From the NCBI GenBank assembly GCA_022813865.1, contig JALDZX010000017.1, positions 1 to 64,000 on the forward strand: a DNA stretch of 64,000 bases, given 5' to 3'. Made by a program: the position numbers and the translations under genes. The notes under the pieces are model-generated. The model ran no database searches, was not told the DNA's origin, and saw only the letters and a list, made by a program, of their open reading frames with translations. Each line of letters begins with the position of its first letter. Within the stretch, counting starts at the first letter, position 1. Shown here piece by piece: positions 41,235 through 53,732 of the stretch. Source of the DNA: Xylographa opegraphella. Lineage: Eukaryota.

Positions 41235-42667
41235 TCATGACTCGGCAAGCACTTCTTTCAAGACCTTCACGAACCCCGCCGCTTCCTGCTCTGCAACTCA
41301 TTAGCATATCCCCACTCCGATCCCCGACGTACAACTCACCGGTATTGTAATGCACCAAACTAACCCGCAACACGCCCTCCTCCCCCAAGCCCAGCACCTC
41401 ATCCAGCAACCTCTTCGAATAGAAGTGCCCGCTCTTGAACCCGAACTCGCTTCTCCCCTGCACCTTCTCCACCACCTCCTTCGCACTCCGTCCCTTCACT
41501 CCGAAACTGATCACCGGCACCCTCTTTTCCCTACTCGCCCCCTTCTCTCCATACACAACCACGTCCTCGTTCGAATTCAGATACTCCAAGATTATCCCTT
41601 GCAGCCTCTCCTCGTGCGCGGCGATCTGAGCCCATGTCGCCGCCGGGTCGGAGCCCAGGTAGGACAGCACCTTCGGGATGGAGGCTGTGAGCTCGTAGTT
41701 GGAGCCGGCGAGGCCGAGCTTGTCATCGAGCGTGGTGGATGCGTTGAAATAGTGGCCCAAGCTATGAACCTGCGGCTGGATGGCGCGCGAGGCGTAGAGC
41801 ATCGACATGTGCGGGCCATATACCTAATCACCATTCATTCAACATACACGACGTTAAAACGTGCTCCCATGTGCACTACGTACTTTGTACCACGAGAATG
41901 CATAGAAATCTACTCCCAAGGCCTTGACATCCAAGCCGCGGTGCGGCGCATAGGCCACGCCGTCTACACACAACATCGCGCCCGGGACGGTGTGTACCAT
42001 CTCCGCGATAGCATTGATGTCGTGGATGGTGCCGAGGATATTGCTAGTGTGCGTGCAGGCGACGAGGCGCGTATGCGCGGAGAGCAGAGGTTTCAGTGTT
42101 TCTGGGGTGAGTTGCGGGTTCTCCCTGTCAGTGGAACCCCACCATTTGATAGTCAGATTACGGGCGGCAGCGGTTTGTACCCAGGGCGCGATATTAGCTT
42201 CGTGATCGAGGAGGGAGAGAATCAGTTCGGAGCCTGCTGGGAAAGAAAGCGCGGAAGAGAGATTGCGCATTAGTTGCGTGGTGGAGGAGCCGAGGACTGG
42301 TAGTGCTTTTGGTAAGTATAGTTTGAGAAGAATATTGGTTTAACACAAAGGTAGCTTGGGAATACCTATTTCGTCAGGGCCCGCGTTGATGAAGCGAGCG
42401 GCGGCTTCCATGCCTTCATTGAAAAGTCTAGTAGACTGTTTGCCCACGGCGTAGGTGCCGCCCATTTGGACGTTGGTGTGGCATAGATAATTGTAGATGC
42501 TAGATATGATGTAAACAAAGTAGCACAAGAGGAGTAGACGACATTGCATACGAGTCAATAACCTCACGTAAGACTTGACTTCCACCTGCATTATCAAAGT
42601 ATACTTGCTTCTCATTCAACGCCGGGAAATGGCTTCGTGCCGCTGATACATCGAATGCTTGAGCCAT
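41235..42667 (-). CDS. Class-V PLP-dependent enzyme (cysteine desulfurase-like), 5 exons
   Basis: Motifs FPAL...VYFDNAGGSQV, GSSTTQL, DHEANIAPW, HTSNILGTI, DGVAYAPH, FSWYKVYGPH (PLP lysine), GHFYS.RL and RVSLVHYNT. Confidence 0.93.
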
Positions 42668-43163
42668 AACGATAATATTGGATACAAGAAGAGATGAGAA
42701 TGGCTGGTGTGATTGCATACACAGTTGATCAAGACTTAAGAACAGTATGTACAGCCAACGGAGACGAATATACAACGAAGAAGAATTTGTGGAACATTGG
42801 TTATGCGAATTCAAAGTACATCATCATGTAGTAGCAAAATAAGACATTTTTACTTGAAGGTTTGGCTCCCTACGCCATGTGCGTCGCAGATCGCAGAAGG
42901 GGAGGTCTGAGTTGCCTGTTCAGGATTGGCGGCTTCAGGGAGGGGGGAATTAGGGTATGTGTAGCTAAACACCGGCATGACACAAGGGGTTTCTCTATAA
43001 ATTGGATTTCGATGATATATCCTGCTACATCTTTGGTAAAGACTATTCACAATTCAATCACAAATGAGGATAAGACGATCTAAATGAGATATGTCGTCAT
43101 GCTACGAATGATTTCCGTATCCAAGGATCGTAATCACGTTTGCTAGTGAGCCCTAGTACCACA

Positions 43164-44179
43164 TCAATAGTAACCCTGCGGAACCCCATCGAGTTCGTCA
43201 ACTCGGGCTTTTAAAGATGAATCAGAACCAAGCTCAGCGGTGCGCCTCTGACCCGACCCCAATTCGCGGATCTGAACCTGCTGCTGGTTACCCAACTCAC
43301 CAGTTTTCTGGGCATATTCGGCTTTGAAAACACGACGCTGGTTTACCAATGTGTCCAACCTTGCCCTTAGCGTTCGCTCACGGAACAGTCCAAAGCACAC
43401 GAGGGCAGACATCAGCACACCAAGCGGTACACCAATGGCTAAGCCGATTGTCAAAGGCGAAATTCGTGCTGGGCTGACACCAGAGTTGTTGGAGGCCCCA
43501 GCAGTGCAGTAGGAAAGTTGACTTGCCGTGACTTGGGTTGATTTTGTGCCTACACCATGCGTCGCTTCTGATGACACGCCGAAAACGCTCATAGTACTGG
43601 AAGTATCTAAATTCGTCGAGACACTCGAGCCATTCGAGCTACATAGAATACTCGGGATACTCGCGCTTTGAAACGTGGATAGATATGGGGCGCCAGGAGT
43701 GAAGGCAAACGTTCTGTTGCAGCAATTTTCATTGGTGCTCAATCCACAACAGAAATTGCTGCTGTAGCTACCGGGTGTACATGGATACATGTTATTTAGC
43801 GTACTTGGAGAATCTGTGCTTCCGGGTCAGTCTAACAAGCTCAAATAAGGTATCGAAAATTCAAGACGCAGGATATACCGGTACGACAATGCGCAGGGCA
43901 TGCCAGTGATGTCCACGTCGGATCTGTGCAACCGCCGCGGTACATAGTCCCGGCATTGCCATAGCAATATCCCATGGTCGAGCAAATCGACGTTGAGAGT
44001 TGACAACATGCACTGAAGGCACCATTGTCCGTCGAATTGCAAGGCTGTACATCATCGGCCAGAGTTCCATCCGGGTAATAACATTGAATTCCCAGCGCTA
44101 TATTTAAGCTCGACAGAAGGAGAAAGAGAGCCGTCCTTGGTACCCGATATCGCATCCTCCAAGCAGTCACGGTTTCCAT
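43164..44179 (-). CDS. Single-pass membrane protein with Cys-rich ectodomain and Ser/Thr stalk (Mid2-like architecture), 2 exons
   Basis: Signal peptide, CYYPDG..PC..SACC...C...GYC...YRGGCTDPTW...CP..C and TM segment IGLAIGVPLGVLMSALVCFGLF. The start may be the Met at about 44155. Confidence 0.85.
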
Positions 44180-44917
44180 GCGCCAGCTCTTTAATGAAAG
44201 TGGTGCAGGGAATTGCAGTTTATAGAGACCGCCCCATTGTCATTGTGCACGATGCGCGTACACCAAGCCGGGAGCAGTATCTAAGCCTCTAAATGAAACT
44301 GGTGCTTAGAATCAGAACTCGGAAAGCAGTCCACATTGGGTCAGTGCCCCAGGTCGTTTCATCTGGGAAGGTTCGAAGTGCGCGTAAGTTTCAGACATTG
44401 CAGGTTGGCATCAGAAGCCTGGTCCATCATGGACTGAGCGGCTTTTGCCTATTCTATATATGGAGTAATCTTCAAGTCTATGTGAGACTTGCCAAGATGT
44501 GTACAGCGTACTACGGCACGGGTCGCTTCTCCATTCCAACGCTGACGTTGCAGGACTTGTCCGAGCCTTGTGCACGGTGGAGCAGAGAGGCTGTAATTGA
44601 TTCAGACATACAGAAATCACAGGACTGATGCTGAGAATACGAGATTGAGAAAGATTTGCGGCTTATGATTGGCAGCTCCAATCATCGAATTTAGCAATAA
44701 AAACATCGCAGAGCATCAAGCGGACGCTATTTGGCACGCGATAAGAGCGACGAGATAGCAGTGCACGGACCACAAACACCCCCAGAATATGCTCGGACTT
44801 TCGCCGGGGCATCCTGAAAGCCTCTCATTGGTACAAGTTATCAGTTGGCGGAAATCCCCAGAATGATAACTCGGCATCTATCCAGAACCTCTGAATCTCC
44901 ATGCCACAGCCAAAATC

Positions 44918-45996
44918 ATGGTTTCCAATTCTACGAAATATGCCGGCAGGGCGATCCCCCGCATATCACTCCACGACTTCGAACATCGCATCGACGAGAT
45001 AACCCAGCAGCTTGTTCAAGCCGCTGAAAACGAGGGCTTCTTCTGCATCACCAACCATGGCATCTCCATTCCCGCAATCGAAGATATCTTTGCCACCTCC
45101 GCGAACTTTTTCGCTCTCCCGGACACTATCAAAGCCACTGTCCCATGGTCCCCTAAGAACGTCGGCTGGGAGAAGAACGCCCAAGTCCGACCATCGACCG
45201 GCACGCCGGATATGAAAGAGTGAGTATCCATAAACCTCATCGCAAGGTCCATGACCGATCCCATAACAGGTCGTATCAGATCCAATGGGGCAGCAATATG
45301 ACCAACAGCTGGTTATCCTCCAATCACCTCCCCAAGTTCAAAGAGACAGCGCTGGCATTCATGCACCACACGCAGTCCATCTCCGAGAAACTGATGACCT
45401 GCTTCGCCCGCGGCTTAGGGTTTCCGGACGATTTCTTCATCAAAGCCCACGACGTCTCCCGCCCAAACTCGCAGACCTGTTTTCGCCTGCTTCACTACTT
45501 CCCGGTCGATCCTACGAGCCCTGTTCCGAAAGGTTACTTCCGTGCCGGCGCGCACACAGATTGGGCTTTCCTCACCCTTCTCTTCCAAAATGCCGGCCAA
45601 AGCGGGCTTGAAATATGCCCCGGTCGGGAGGCAGTGACCAGTTTCGGTATCGGTGATACCTGGACGAAAATTGAGCCAGCGCCTGGAGAGATTGTGTGCA
45701 ACATCGGGGACTTGCTGATGTCGTGGTCGGACGATCGGTTCAAGTCGACGTTGCATCGTGTGAAAGCCCCCACGGATCCGAAAACCGATTACTATGGGCC
45801 ACGGTTCAGTATGGCGTATTTCAACCAGCCGTGTACGGACTGTTTGATCCAAGGCCCAAAGAAGAAGTACCCGGAGGTTACGGGGGAGCAGTTCACGCGG
45901 AACGCGATGGCTAGAAATTTTGCGGCGTTGCAGGCGAAGAAGGAGGCACTGCAGAAGACGGTGGTTAACCAGACGATCACCGAGATTGCTATTTGA
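44918..45996 (+). CDS. 2-oxoglutarate/Fe(II) dioxygenase (DIOX_N / IPNS-like fold), 2 exons
   Basis: Motifs IPRISL, GFFCITNHGI, GAHTDW (HxD), CNIGDLL..WSDDRFKSTLHRV and RFSMAYF. Confidence 0.95.
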
Positions 45997-47221
45997 GGGA
46001 CGAGGTCGTAGAAAGTATATGGAAGTCGTCAAGCTACTATGTTATAGTCTTGTTGAAGGAAACTTAATGCATTTTGAATGTCAATACGCCAGCCCCAGCA
46101 TAGTATTGGTAAAGATACTCTGCTAATAGCATGCACTCGGTGATAGTCGCAGTATTCTTTGGTTCGAAGCAAATACATTGTTTCCTTTACCAAGTATTCC
46201 TTCGGCAGACGTGACATTATCATTGAAGCAATCGTACTTGGTACTTAAATGAGCCGCTATATCCTCCTGTTCCTGCACTAATTCCTTCAACTATAATGCT
46301 TGGAAAATTTTGGCACCATCTGGATCAACCCCTGCTCGGTTGTAGCTTCATCAAAACTGTCCATCGGCACATTCGGTTCAATTAAAGCAGCCTTTGCATC
46401 AGAATTAGTCCACAGAGTGATGGAGAGAGCGATTATATTGATGCTCATGTCGTGCTCGTAGGTGGTTGGTCAAGTGCTGCTCATTGAGCCATGGATGCTT
46501 GCAGTAAGAACAAGCTTGAGTATGAGTAAATGGAAGAAGCCCGAAATGAGGTTGTATACCTCTTCCATGATGCAGGTTCAAGGGAAAAGTATGAGTTAAG
46601 CAGATCATAAGCGAATTACCGTAGTAACCATAATTGTCAAGCATAAATAAAATGATAAAACATCTTGGGCGATAGAGACCCCATTTGGGCGACCCCTGTC
46701 ACCACCATCATAGTCCCACTTCTCAAGCTGCATTTTCTCTACCTGGCGATCTCTCCAAATTCATGTTGTTATCTTTACTTCAAGCTTTAGCCACTCTATC
46801 GCCTATAGGTAACTCGATGATAAACATTCCGATCACATCCTGATATAAAGGTTGCCATTGAGAGGTAGATACCTCTCGGATGTATGGCAGATGGAAGATA
46901 TATCCTAGTCGGGTCGATTTTCTATTTCTATTATTCTTACTTGAACATATCACTCCGTGTTCATGACAAATGCTCTTGCGGTATTGAGGCTCGCGGTGGA
47001 ACCTCACGCTATCCGGGTATTGCTAGCGAGAATTAGGACTAGTAGGTCATATGTCCTAAGCGAACTTGATATACGCCACAGTATACCTTAGCTCCTTAGG
47101 TACGGAGTACTGTAACCGCTAATCTTAAGCTCGATTACGAATCTACGCAATATATTGAATAGAGATAACATTAACGGGCGGCTTGAAGCATTCCCAATTC
47201 CACTCCGCATTGTCCCACAAG

Positions 47222-48262
47222 ATGGCAACGACTCTGGAGGAGCCGCCGGCTCCAATTACGCTCGCTCCTCTTCCATTCTCAAGCCGTCTTAACTCAGCCA
47301 TTCGACTATGGCTCATGAAGATAATGGTCAAAATCTTCGTCACCATCTCGCTTCTTGTCAAGCCACCGCCGCCTTCGGAGCGCCCAACCTATATCAAGAC
47401 CTACGCGGTTAGGCCAAACATCAAAAACAGAGTCTTCATTCCACACTCATATCAGACTGGAGGCAAACCACTTCCTTTGTACATTGACATCCATGGTGGG
47501 GGCTTCGCCCTTTTCGAACCTCGTATAGATGATGAGTATTGCAGTTACATGGCTCGGCATCATGGCATCTGTGTGGTTAGCATTGGATATAGGCACGCCC
47601 CACGATATCGATTCCCAACTCAACCAATGGATTGTGCAGCTTTGGCGCAAGCCGTCCTTGATGATCCCGACCTACCCTGCGACAAGTCCAGAGTCGTGAT
47701 TGGGGGGTTCTCTGCCGGTGGCAACTTGTCATTGGCTGTGAGTCAGATGGATGGCCTTAGGGGCAGGGTGAAGGCTGTCGTAGCTTACTACCCTGTTGTG
47801 GACTTCAGCAGGTCCGGACCACGGAAGCTGAAGAACCGACCTGCCACGCCTGGCGTAAAAGATCCACTTGAAAAGTCTGGTGCTTGGATGGAGTGGGGAT
47901 ATATAGCGCCAGGGACGAAGAGGATGGATCCTACACTATCTCCAATATTCGCAAAAAGAGAGGATCTGCCGCCCAATATATGCCTGATGGGATGCGAATA
48001 TGACATGCTTCGCGAAGAAGCCGAGGATATGGCTGAGCAGCTAGCGAAGGAGGAGCCCGGAGAGAAGAAGACTTTGAAAATTGGAGAGGGTTGGGAAACC
48101 GAAAATGGAAAGATTCGATGGGAAAAGATTTCGGGCCAGTATCATGGCTTCGACCAAGTACCGGTAAACTTTGACAAGCCAGCTGAAGCGGCAAGAGTGC
48201 AAAGAGCCAATGAACTGTATGATGCAGTCGCCGAGTGGTTGTACCGCACCGTCTACGTATGA
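47222..48262 (+). CDS. Alpha/beta hydrolase (abhydrolase_3, HSL-like), intronless
   Basis: Oxyanion HGGGF, nucleophile GFSAGG, acid EYD and catalytic HGFD. Confidence 0.93.
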   Translation: MATTLEEPPAPITLAPLPFSSRLNSAIRLWLMKIMVKIFVTISLLVKPPPPSERPTYIKTYAVRPNIKNRVFIPHSYQTGGKPLPLYIDIHGGGFALFEPRIDDEYCSYMARHHGICVVSIGYRHAPRYRFPTQPMDCAALAQAVLDDPDLPCDKSRVVIGGFSAGGNLSLAVSQMDGLRGRVKAVVAYYPVVDFSRSGPRKLKNRPATPGVKDPLEKSGAWMEWGYIAPGTKRMDPTLSPIFAKREDLPPNICLMGCEYDMLREEAEDMAEQLAKEEPGEKKTLKIGEGWETENGKIRWEKISGQYHGFDQVPVNFDKPAEAARVQRANELYDAVAEWLYRTVYV

Positions 48263-48507
48263 ATTACCGTAATATTTTGCGTGTTGGATATTTTTTTTAT
48301 TTCGTATTCATATATGCGTCACTAGCTTTGGGTATAATGTCACGTTTTCGATCTTGCACAGTACAGCAAAAATCTTTCCCCAGAACATCCTTTGGGTCTT
48401 GAACATAATCCAGGATTTGTTAGGGCTCGCACACCGCTTACTACAACGTTGAAACTTTTTACTTCTTCAATTTCTTCAGATTTCTATCAGTTCAATTCAA
48501 AACAAGA

Positions 48508-49578
48508 ATGAGATTGTACGTTGTTGTCCAAGCCTAAGCGTTACACCTGGTCAATTGGTCAATACTAATCGTCAATCTGTCTTGCAGAGTAAGTGTCATC
48601 AGGGATCACTTGTTTTCTAGCCACTGTTCAGCTGCTGCACTCGATTGTAACCTCCAGTAAGACAGCCTCACATCTTTCTATGTTCACGAAGTCTATGCTG
48701 GTAGACTTTCTCCATTGTCTGTCCAGCGCTGAGATTTCCTCACCTGACGTGCAGCATTCCTATACCGTTGCTCCACAAGCATTCCGTACCATCTACATTT
48801 CCAATCACGCGATTTCACTTGGCAGCTTCTCGCAAGGGTGTAGCTAGACCACGGAAATGGAAGAGTTCTACCCCACCCTTGCCAGTCTCCAAAAAGCTCA
48901 GATTTGACCGGTAGGATTACGGCCTCTGGCACTCGCGTGATTCCCCCACTAAGTAAGTCCAGATCACTCCACAAGTCAATGATAACAATCCGAGTCGGTT
49001 CCGACGCGAGCGCGGAAACATTCATCCTGCACAAAGAGCTTGCGGCCCATCACTCCACGAAGCTTGCACTTATGATGGACGATGCCATCAAGCTCGAGAA
49101 TCCAGGCGCCCTTGAATTGCCAGACTTCAGCCCCGAGGAATTCGAAGTATTCGAGGCTTGGATCTACCGCCAGAAGCTAGATCACGACAACTGGAGCTTC
49201 ATCCTATCCGCCCATCTGTACATCTTCTCCGAAGGCCTCGGCGCGCCGGGAATGCAGAACGCTGTTTTGGACACGATGGGCGAGATGGTGCGGGATGACC
49301 CGCAGTGTGTCCCGACTGAGGCGTTGGCGCTCCACTTGATCTGGGAACGCACATTGCACGACTCCCCTTTACGCGCTCTCCTGGCTGACGTGTTGGCCTT
49401 TGAGATGTCGGCTGATGACTGTAGCCAGTACGTGAGGGGCTTTCCGACCGATCTCACGGTACGGATCCTTGAAGTGATGAAGAGCCGGGTATCGGAGCGG
49501 AGGCGGAATGAAGTGGCGCCGTTCGATTTCTCCATGGAAGAGTACTACGTGGAAGAGGCCGGGGAGGAGGCTGAGTGA
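48508..49578 (+). CDS. BTB/POZ-domain protein (5' exons tentative)
   Basis: Motifs ITIRVG....TFILHKEL...HS, LPDFSPEEFEVFEAWIY, LYIFSE.LG.PGMQN and DSPLRALLAD. Upstream exons come from GT-AG introns that keep the frame. Confidence 0.82.
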
Positions 49579-49897
49579 TTAGGTGGCTATTTTCTGGTGC
49601 CAAGCTCGGGTATCGAACGCTTCCAGCCGATGATGGTCTGGAATGTGATACGGTAAGGACCTGTGGTGCGCGTTACGCTGCACTTCTTCTGTGCTTACAG
49701 TATCATGATGAACTTTGAATTCTACCATGATTGCTTCTAATTTCACTCGCCTCTAGTCTCTTATTGGGCTGATTACCATAGCTCCCAATACAAAATGATC
49801 TTAAATCTAAATATTACAGAGTTCATTCGTCGTTATCCACCCATTCCCATTGCTGATAAAACAACATAATCTAAACCTCCCACACACACCCTCCGCC

Positions 49898-50926
49898 TCA
49901 CACCAAGACCCCCAACCCCATCACCACCCCAAACAGCAGCGCTCCCCACCCACCCGGGTGCCCCGCCGTCCGCCCACACCCGCTCACGCCCCGACTCCCC
50001 TTCACCACCTCGTCCGGCGTACTGCAGACCAGCCGCGTGTCCGCCCACCCCTCCGGACCGGAGCCGTTCTTCAGCCACGCCGTCAGTACCAGCGACGTCG
50101 CCTGGTGAACCCAGATATCGTACGTCGCGGTGTCGCTCGCGGGGCTGTACGGGGCACTCTGCGTCTCGAGCAGGGACGTCTGCGTTGCAGAGCCGTTGCC
50201 TACGGAGGGATAGTCGGGGCAGTCACTAGTAGAGATGGAGGCGGGGTTGCCGAGCGGGGCTGTGGGCGAGAAAGGGGGTCAGCTTTGGAGGAGGAGAGAG
50301 ATCTAATTTCTTGGGAAGGGTAGAGGAACAACATGTAGGGCATGCCCTTCCGGGACGTGCTCTCTAGAAGAACAATAGATTCAGCACGTACCAGCCACAG
50401 CCACGACGCTGATCGCCTCGCCCCCACACTCCGTCGGCATCGTGGCCAGAGACTCCGCGCAAGTAGCTACCGTGCTCGGCCCCATCCCGGAGTTCACCAA
50501 GCTCGCGTTATTCACCTGCGCCACGAGCGCGGTCTGGCACTCGGCGCTCAATACGCCGGTGCATGACCCCGGGCCTTGGGCTTGCGGGTCCGTGGAGCTG
50601 GGCGACCCCGCGATCGAAAGGGCAAGCACGCACCCAGCGAGCGGCAGCGTGGACGCGGAGAGGTCGAGGAAGGGGGTGGCGGTCAGGTAGAAGGCTTGCA
50701 GGACGACGCCGCTGTTGTTGGCGAAGGACTGCGCGGCCAACGCCGTCGAGAGGGTGTAGGTGCTGTTGAGGCCGAGTTCGGGGGGCTGGAAGCCCGCGAG
50801 GGAGAGGGAGCCTGTAGCGTTCTGGTGGAGGAAGGCCGGATCGAGGCAGTCTTGGGCACGGCCGAGGGAGAGGAGGGTACAGAGGGCGAGCAGAGCTGCC
50901 GTGAGTGAGGAGGCGCGTGGGATCAT
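49898..50926 (-). CDS. Secreted, Cys-containing, probably GPI-anchored protein, 2 exons
   Basis: Signal MIPRASSLTAALLALCTLLSLGRA, GSCTGVLSAECQ, intron about 50260-50391, WADTRLVC and hydrophobic tail WGALLFGVVMGLGVLV*. Confidence 0.8.
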
Positions 50927-51820
50927 GTCGCCAGAGAGGCTCGTGCTAGACGGCTGCGCAGCAGCGGGTGACAGCGACGGTGCTTTCGTAGCTTCAACTC
51001 ATAAAGCCCAGATAACCGCTCGCGCTCACGAAAACAAATGGAGGGGAAACACAAGGCCAAAAAAAACGACGTTCAGCAGCGCAAAGCAAGCTCGTGGGCC
51101 CGCCATGCTCTTCTATAGATATAGCTCTGGGCGCGCCTTCGCGCCCAGCACTTAAGATGCTATTTGCAGCGTCATGGGTTTTGCGAAACGCAAGACGTAC
51201 GTCTGAAAGCGCCCGGAGAGGCTCACTCGCGGTGTTGCTGATTGGCGCGAAGGGGATGATTGCAAGAAGTAGAAATAGAAATGCCAAGGCGGGAAAGTTG
51301 GGGCTAGTGAGACAAGGGCGGTGGTTTTTTAGGTTTCAGATCGGGTGAGACGGATGATAGGATGGATGGACCGTGGCACAAGGCGGGTATGATTTGCTTC
51401 TGGGGACGCTGGTCCTGACTTTACCGGCCTTACATAGAGGACGGGCATTGGCTAGATCGGGTCTGTGTTCCCAATATGTGGGCCTTGACATCTCGAGGAA
51501 CATGATGGGCGGTTCTGTATTTAATGTTTCAGGAATGCATGATCTTGAGTGTTTGGAGCACTGCTCACGTAGCACTGTCAGAAGACTGACTCGACGACAA
51601 CGTCGAAGCAGTCTCATTCGTTAGTGCAGCGGCGTGATTCTATGTGTAGTGTATTTTTGTCGATTGCCACTAATACCATGGCGCCATGTTTGGTTCTAGA
51701 CTTCTTCCTTGTTTGCGGTCACCGGTTAATCGAGAGGAGCTAGACGCATTGATGGTCAAATACGAAGACCAATCATATGCTGCTTCAAAGCTCATGCTAG
51801 CACTCGTAGCGGAACAGCTA

Positions 51821-53732
51821 TTAATTATATATACCCTTCTCGAATGTGTCGGTGTCAAAGAACCGTGCCGTGATTGTGTTACCATTGAAGATCCTTCCTT
51901 CGAGAGCATTGACAGCCTAAAAGGAGATTAGCTTGACCGGTACTGCTTCTCGTGCAAGCAAGCCAACATACTCGCAGTGCTGACAACTGGCTCGTGAACT
52001 TGACGAAGACTGGCGCACTATTCGGGGTGCTTCTGTCAATAAAGACTCGCTCGACACGACCATACTAGAAGGCAGATCCTGTCAGCAACTGCACGACTAT
52101 CCTTTCCACTGTTCATGGCGTACCTTATCTCCACACTCTTCTCCGATCTCCTGCATGAGGCCGCCATCATCTAGCTCGGCATCCAGGTCCATTCCGTCCA
52201 CCATACCACTGAGGACCACAACTTCGCTCATGGCACCAAACCTGCCTCCTTCGGATTCAGCATCGTTGCCCACTTTCTTTTTTCCACCAATTATCTTTCC
52301 TCTACCACCCGGTCCCACAAAGCCGCCGCCTTCGGAGTCAGGTTTCTTTTTCTGCTTCTCTACCTGCACGCGTAACGGATTGACTATTCCAGAGCCACTG
52401 GCTCCCAGCCCAGAACCCTTCGTCCAGCCATATTTAGACATTAGGCGTTCTGCAAAGCCTCGCTGCCCAGGTCGTAAAGACCGAGGCGCATCCGCTTGTG
52501 CTTCCGCTTCCTCCTCTGCAGCCTCTTCTTGTAGCGCCGTCTCTAGCTCGGCTTCAGATTTGGGAATATCCGCCGGAGGTGGAGGCAGATTGTAGCGGAC
52601 TGGAGCTCTCGAAATCGAAGCTGCTGGTTGAGGGGCTGCTTCCGGTGGAGGGAGAGGTGGGGCAGATTGCGAATAGTTGGGAGTGTGTTCCACAGGTAGT
52701 GGAGGCGGCGGTGGAGGCGGTGGAGGCGGTGGAGGGGTATAATTCAAGACTGCTGGTGGTATTGAGCTTGTGGTCGGTTCTGGTATTTGCGACAATCTCA
52801 TACGTCGGGCGTACGCATCTTCACCGGTAGAGTCGTCTGGAATAATCGTGGGAGTAAAGCCGGCTGCAGAGTTTCCATTCAGGTTAGGGGGTGGAGCAAA
52901 CGACATTGGAGGTGGAGCAAATTGGTCTAAATTATGGACATCAGCAAGTTGCAAAATTTTGAGGGAAGAACTTGACGGACTATTCGTCTGCGGGCGAACA
53001 CGAGTATCGTCCTCGCTGTCCGAAATATCACTATCCCGTCTGGTCATACGGTGGGCATATAGTCGATCTTTCCACTCCCGCACTTCTCGAATTTTCTCGT
53101 CACTGTTTTTATATTCCTCGTAGCTGTTCGGCCTCGACGGATCATATATGTCGTCCCAATTCTGCACTACATGCGACTCTTCCTTATTGCCCTTCTTCCG
53201 CCGCTTCTTTCCACCTCGTTGCCTTTTCTCTCCGCCATAGAACCCATTGACATCATCCTCATCTCCGTCACCTGTCCAGTCTGCTATAGACGTTTTCGGC
53301 GCTTGGCGCGGGGGGGGGATTGGTTGGTCCGGAGCGATGGTAGCTTGAGCAGGGATAGTTGTTGCCCGTGACTTTGACTTCAATCCTGCCGTCTTTGGTT
53401 TCGGTTTCTGTGTAGTGATTTGTGGCCTTTTTGTAGGCTGGAAACGTAGTGCAGCTGTGGAACAGCAAGAAAACCGAGAGCAACCGTGAGCCAATCCGGT
53501 CCGCAAAATGATGAAAAGTTCACACGGGGGCAAATATATATCTACCGGCACTCAACTGCTGCTTCTGGGCAGACACTTCATCTTGTTGGGTATCACCGCT
53601 CGCAGGTTGCTTGAAGACTACGGGTGCTCGTGATATTGTATTAGGTGCCTCGGAGCTTGCCGATGGGTCTAGAAGATTTGCATAGAGCGACAGACCAGCT
53701 CTGACAGGTTTTTTCGGATTGCTCGAAGCCAT
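51821..53732 (-). CDS. G-patch + UHM/RRM splicing factor (SPF45/RBM17/DRT111-like), 5 exons
   Basis: Motifs LSLYANLLD, WDDIYDPSRPNSYEEY, G-patch FAERLMSKYGWTKGSGLG..GSGIVNPL and UHM EIGEECGDKYGRVERV..VFVKFTSQLSALRAVNALEGRIFNGN. Confidence 0.92.

Noticed and set aside
48585..48594. cag|A|gtaagt as a 1-nt exon or twin intron in the BTB gene
   Set aside because: Using that donor with the next acceptor gives a stop. The ordinary exon model keeps the frame.
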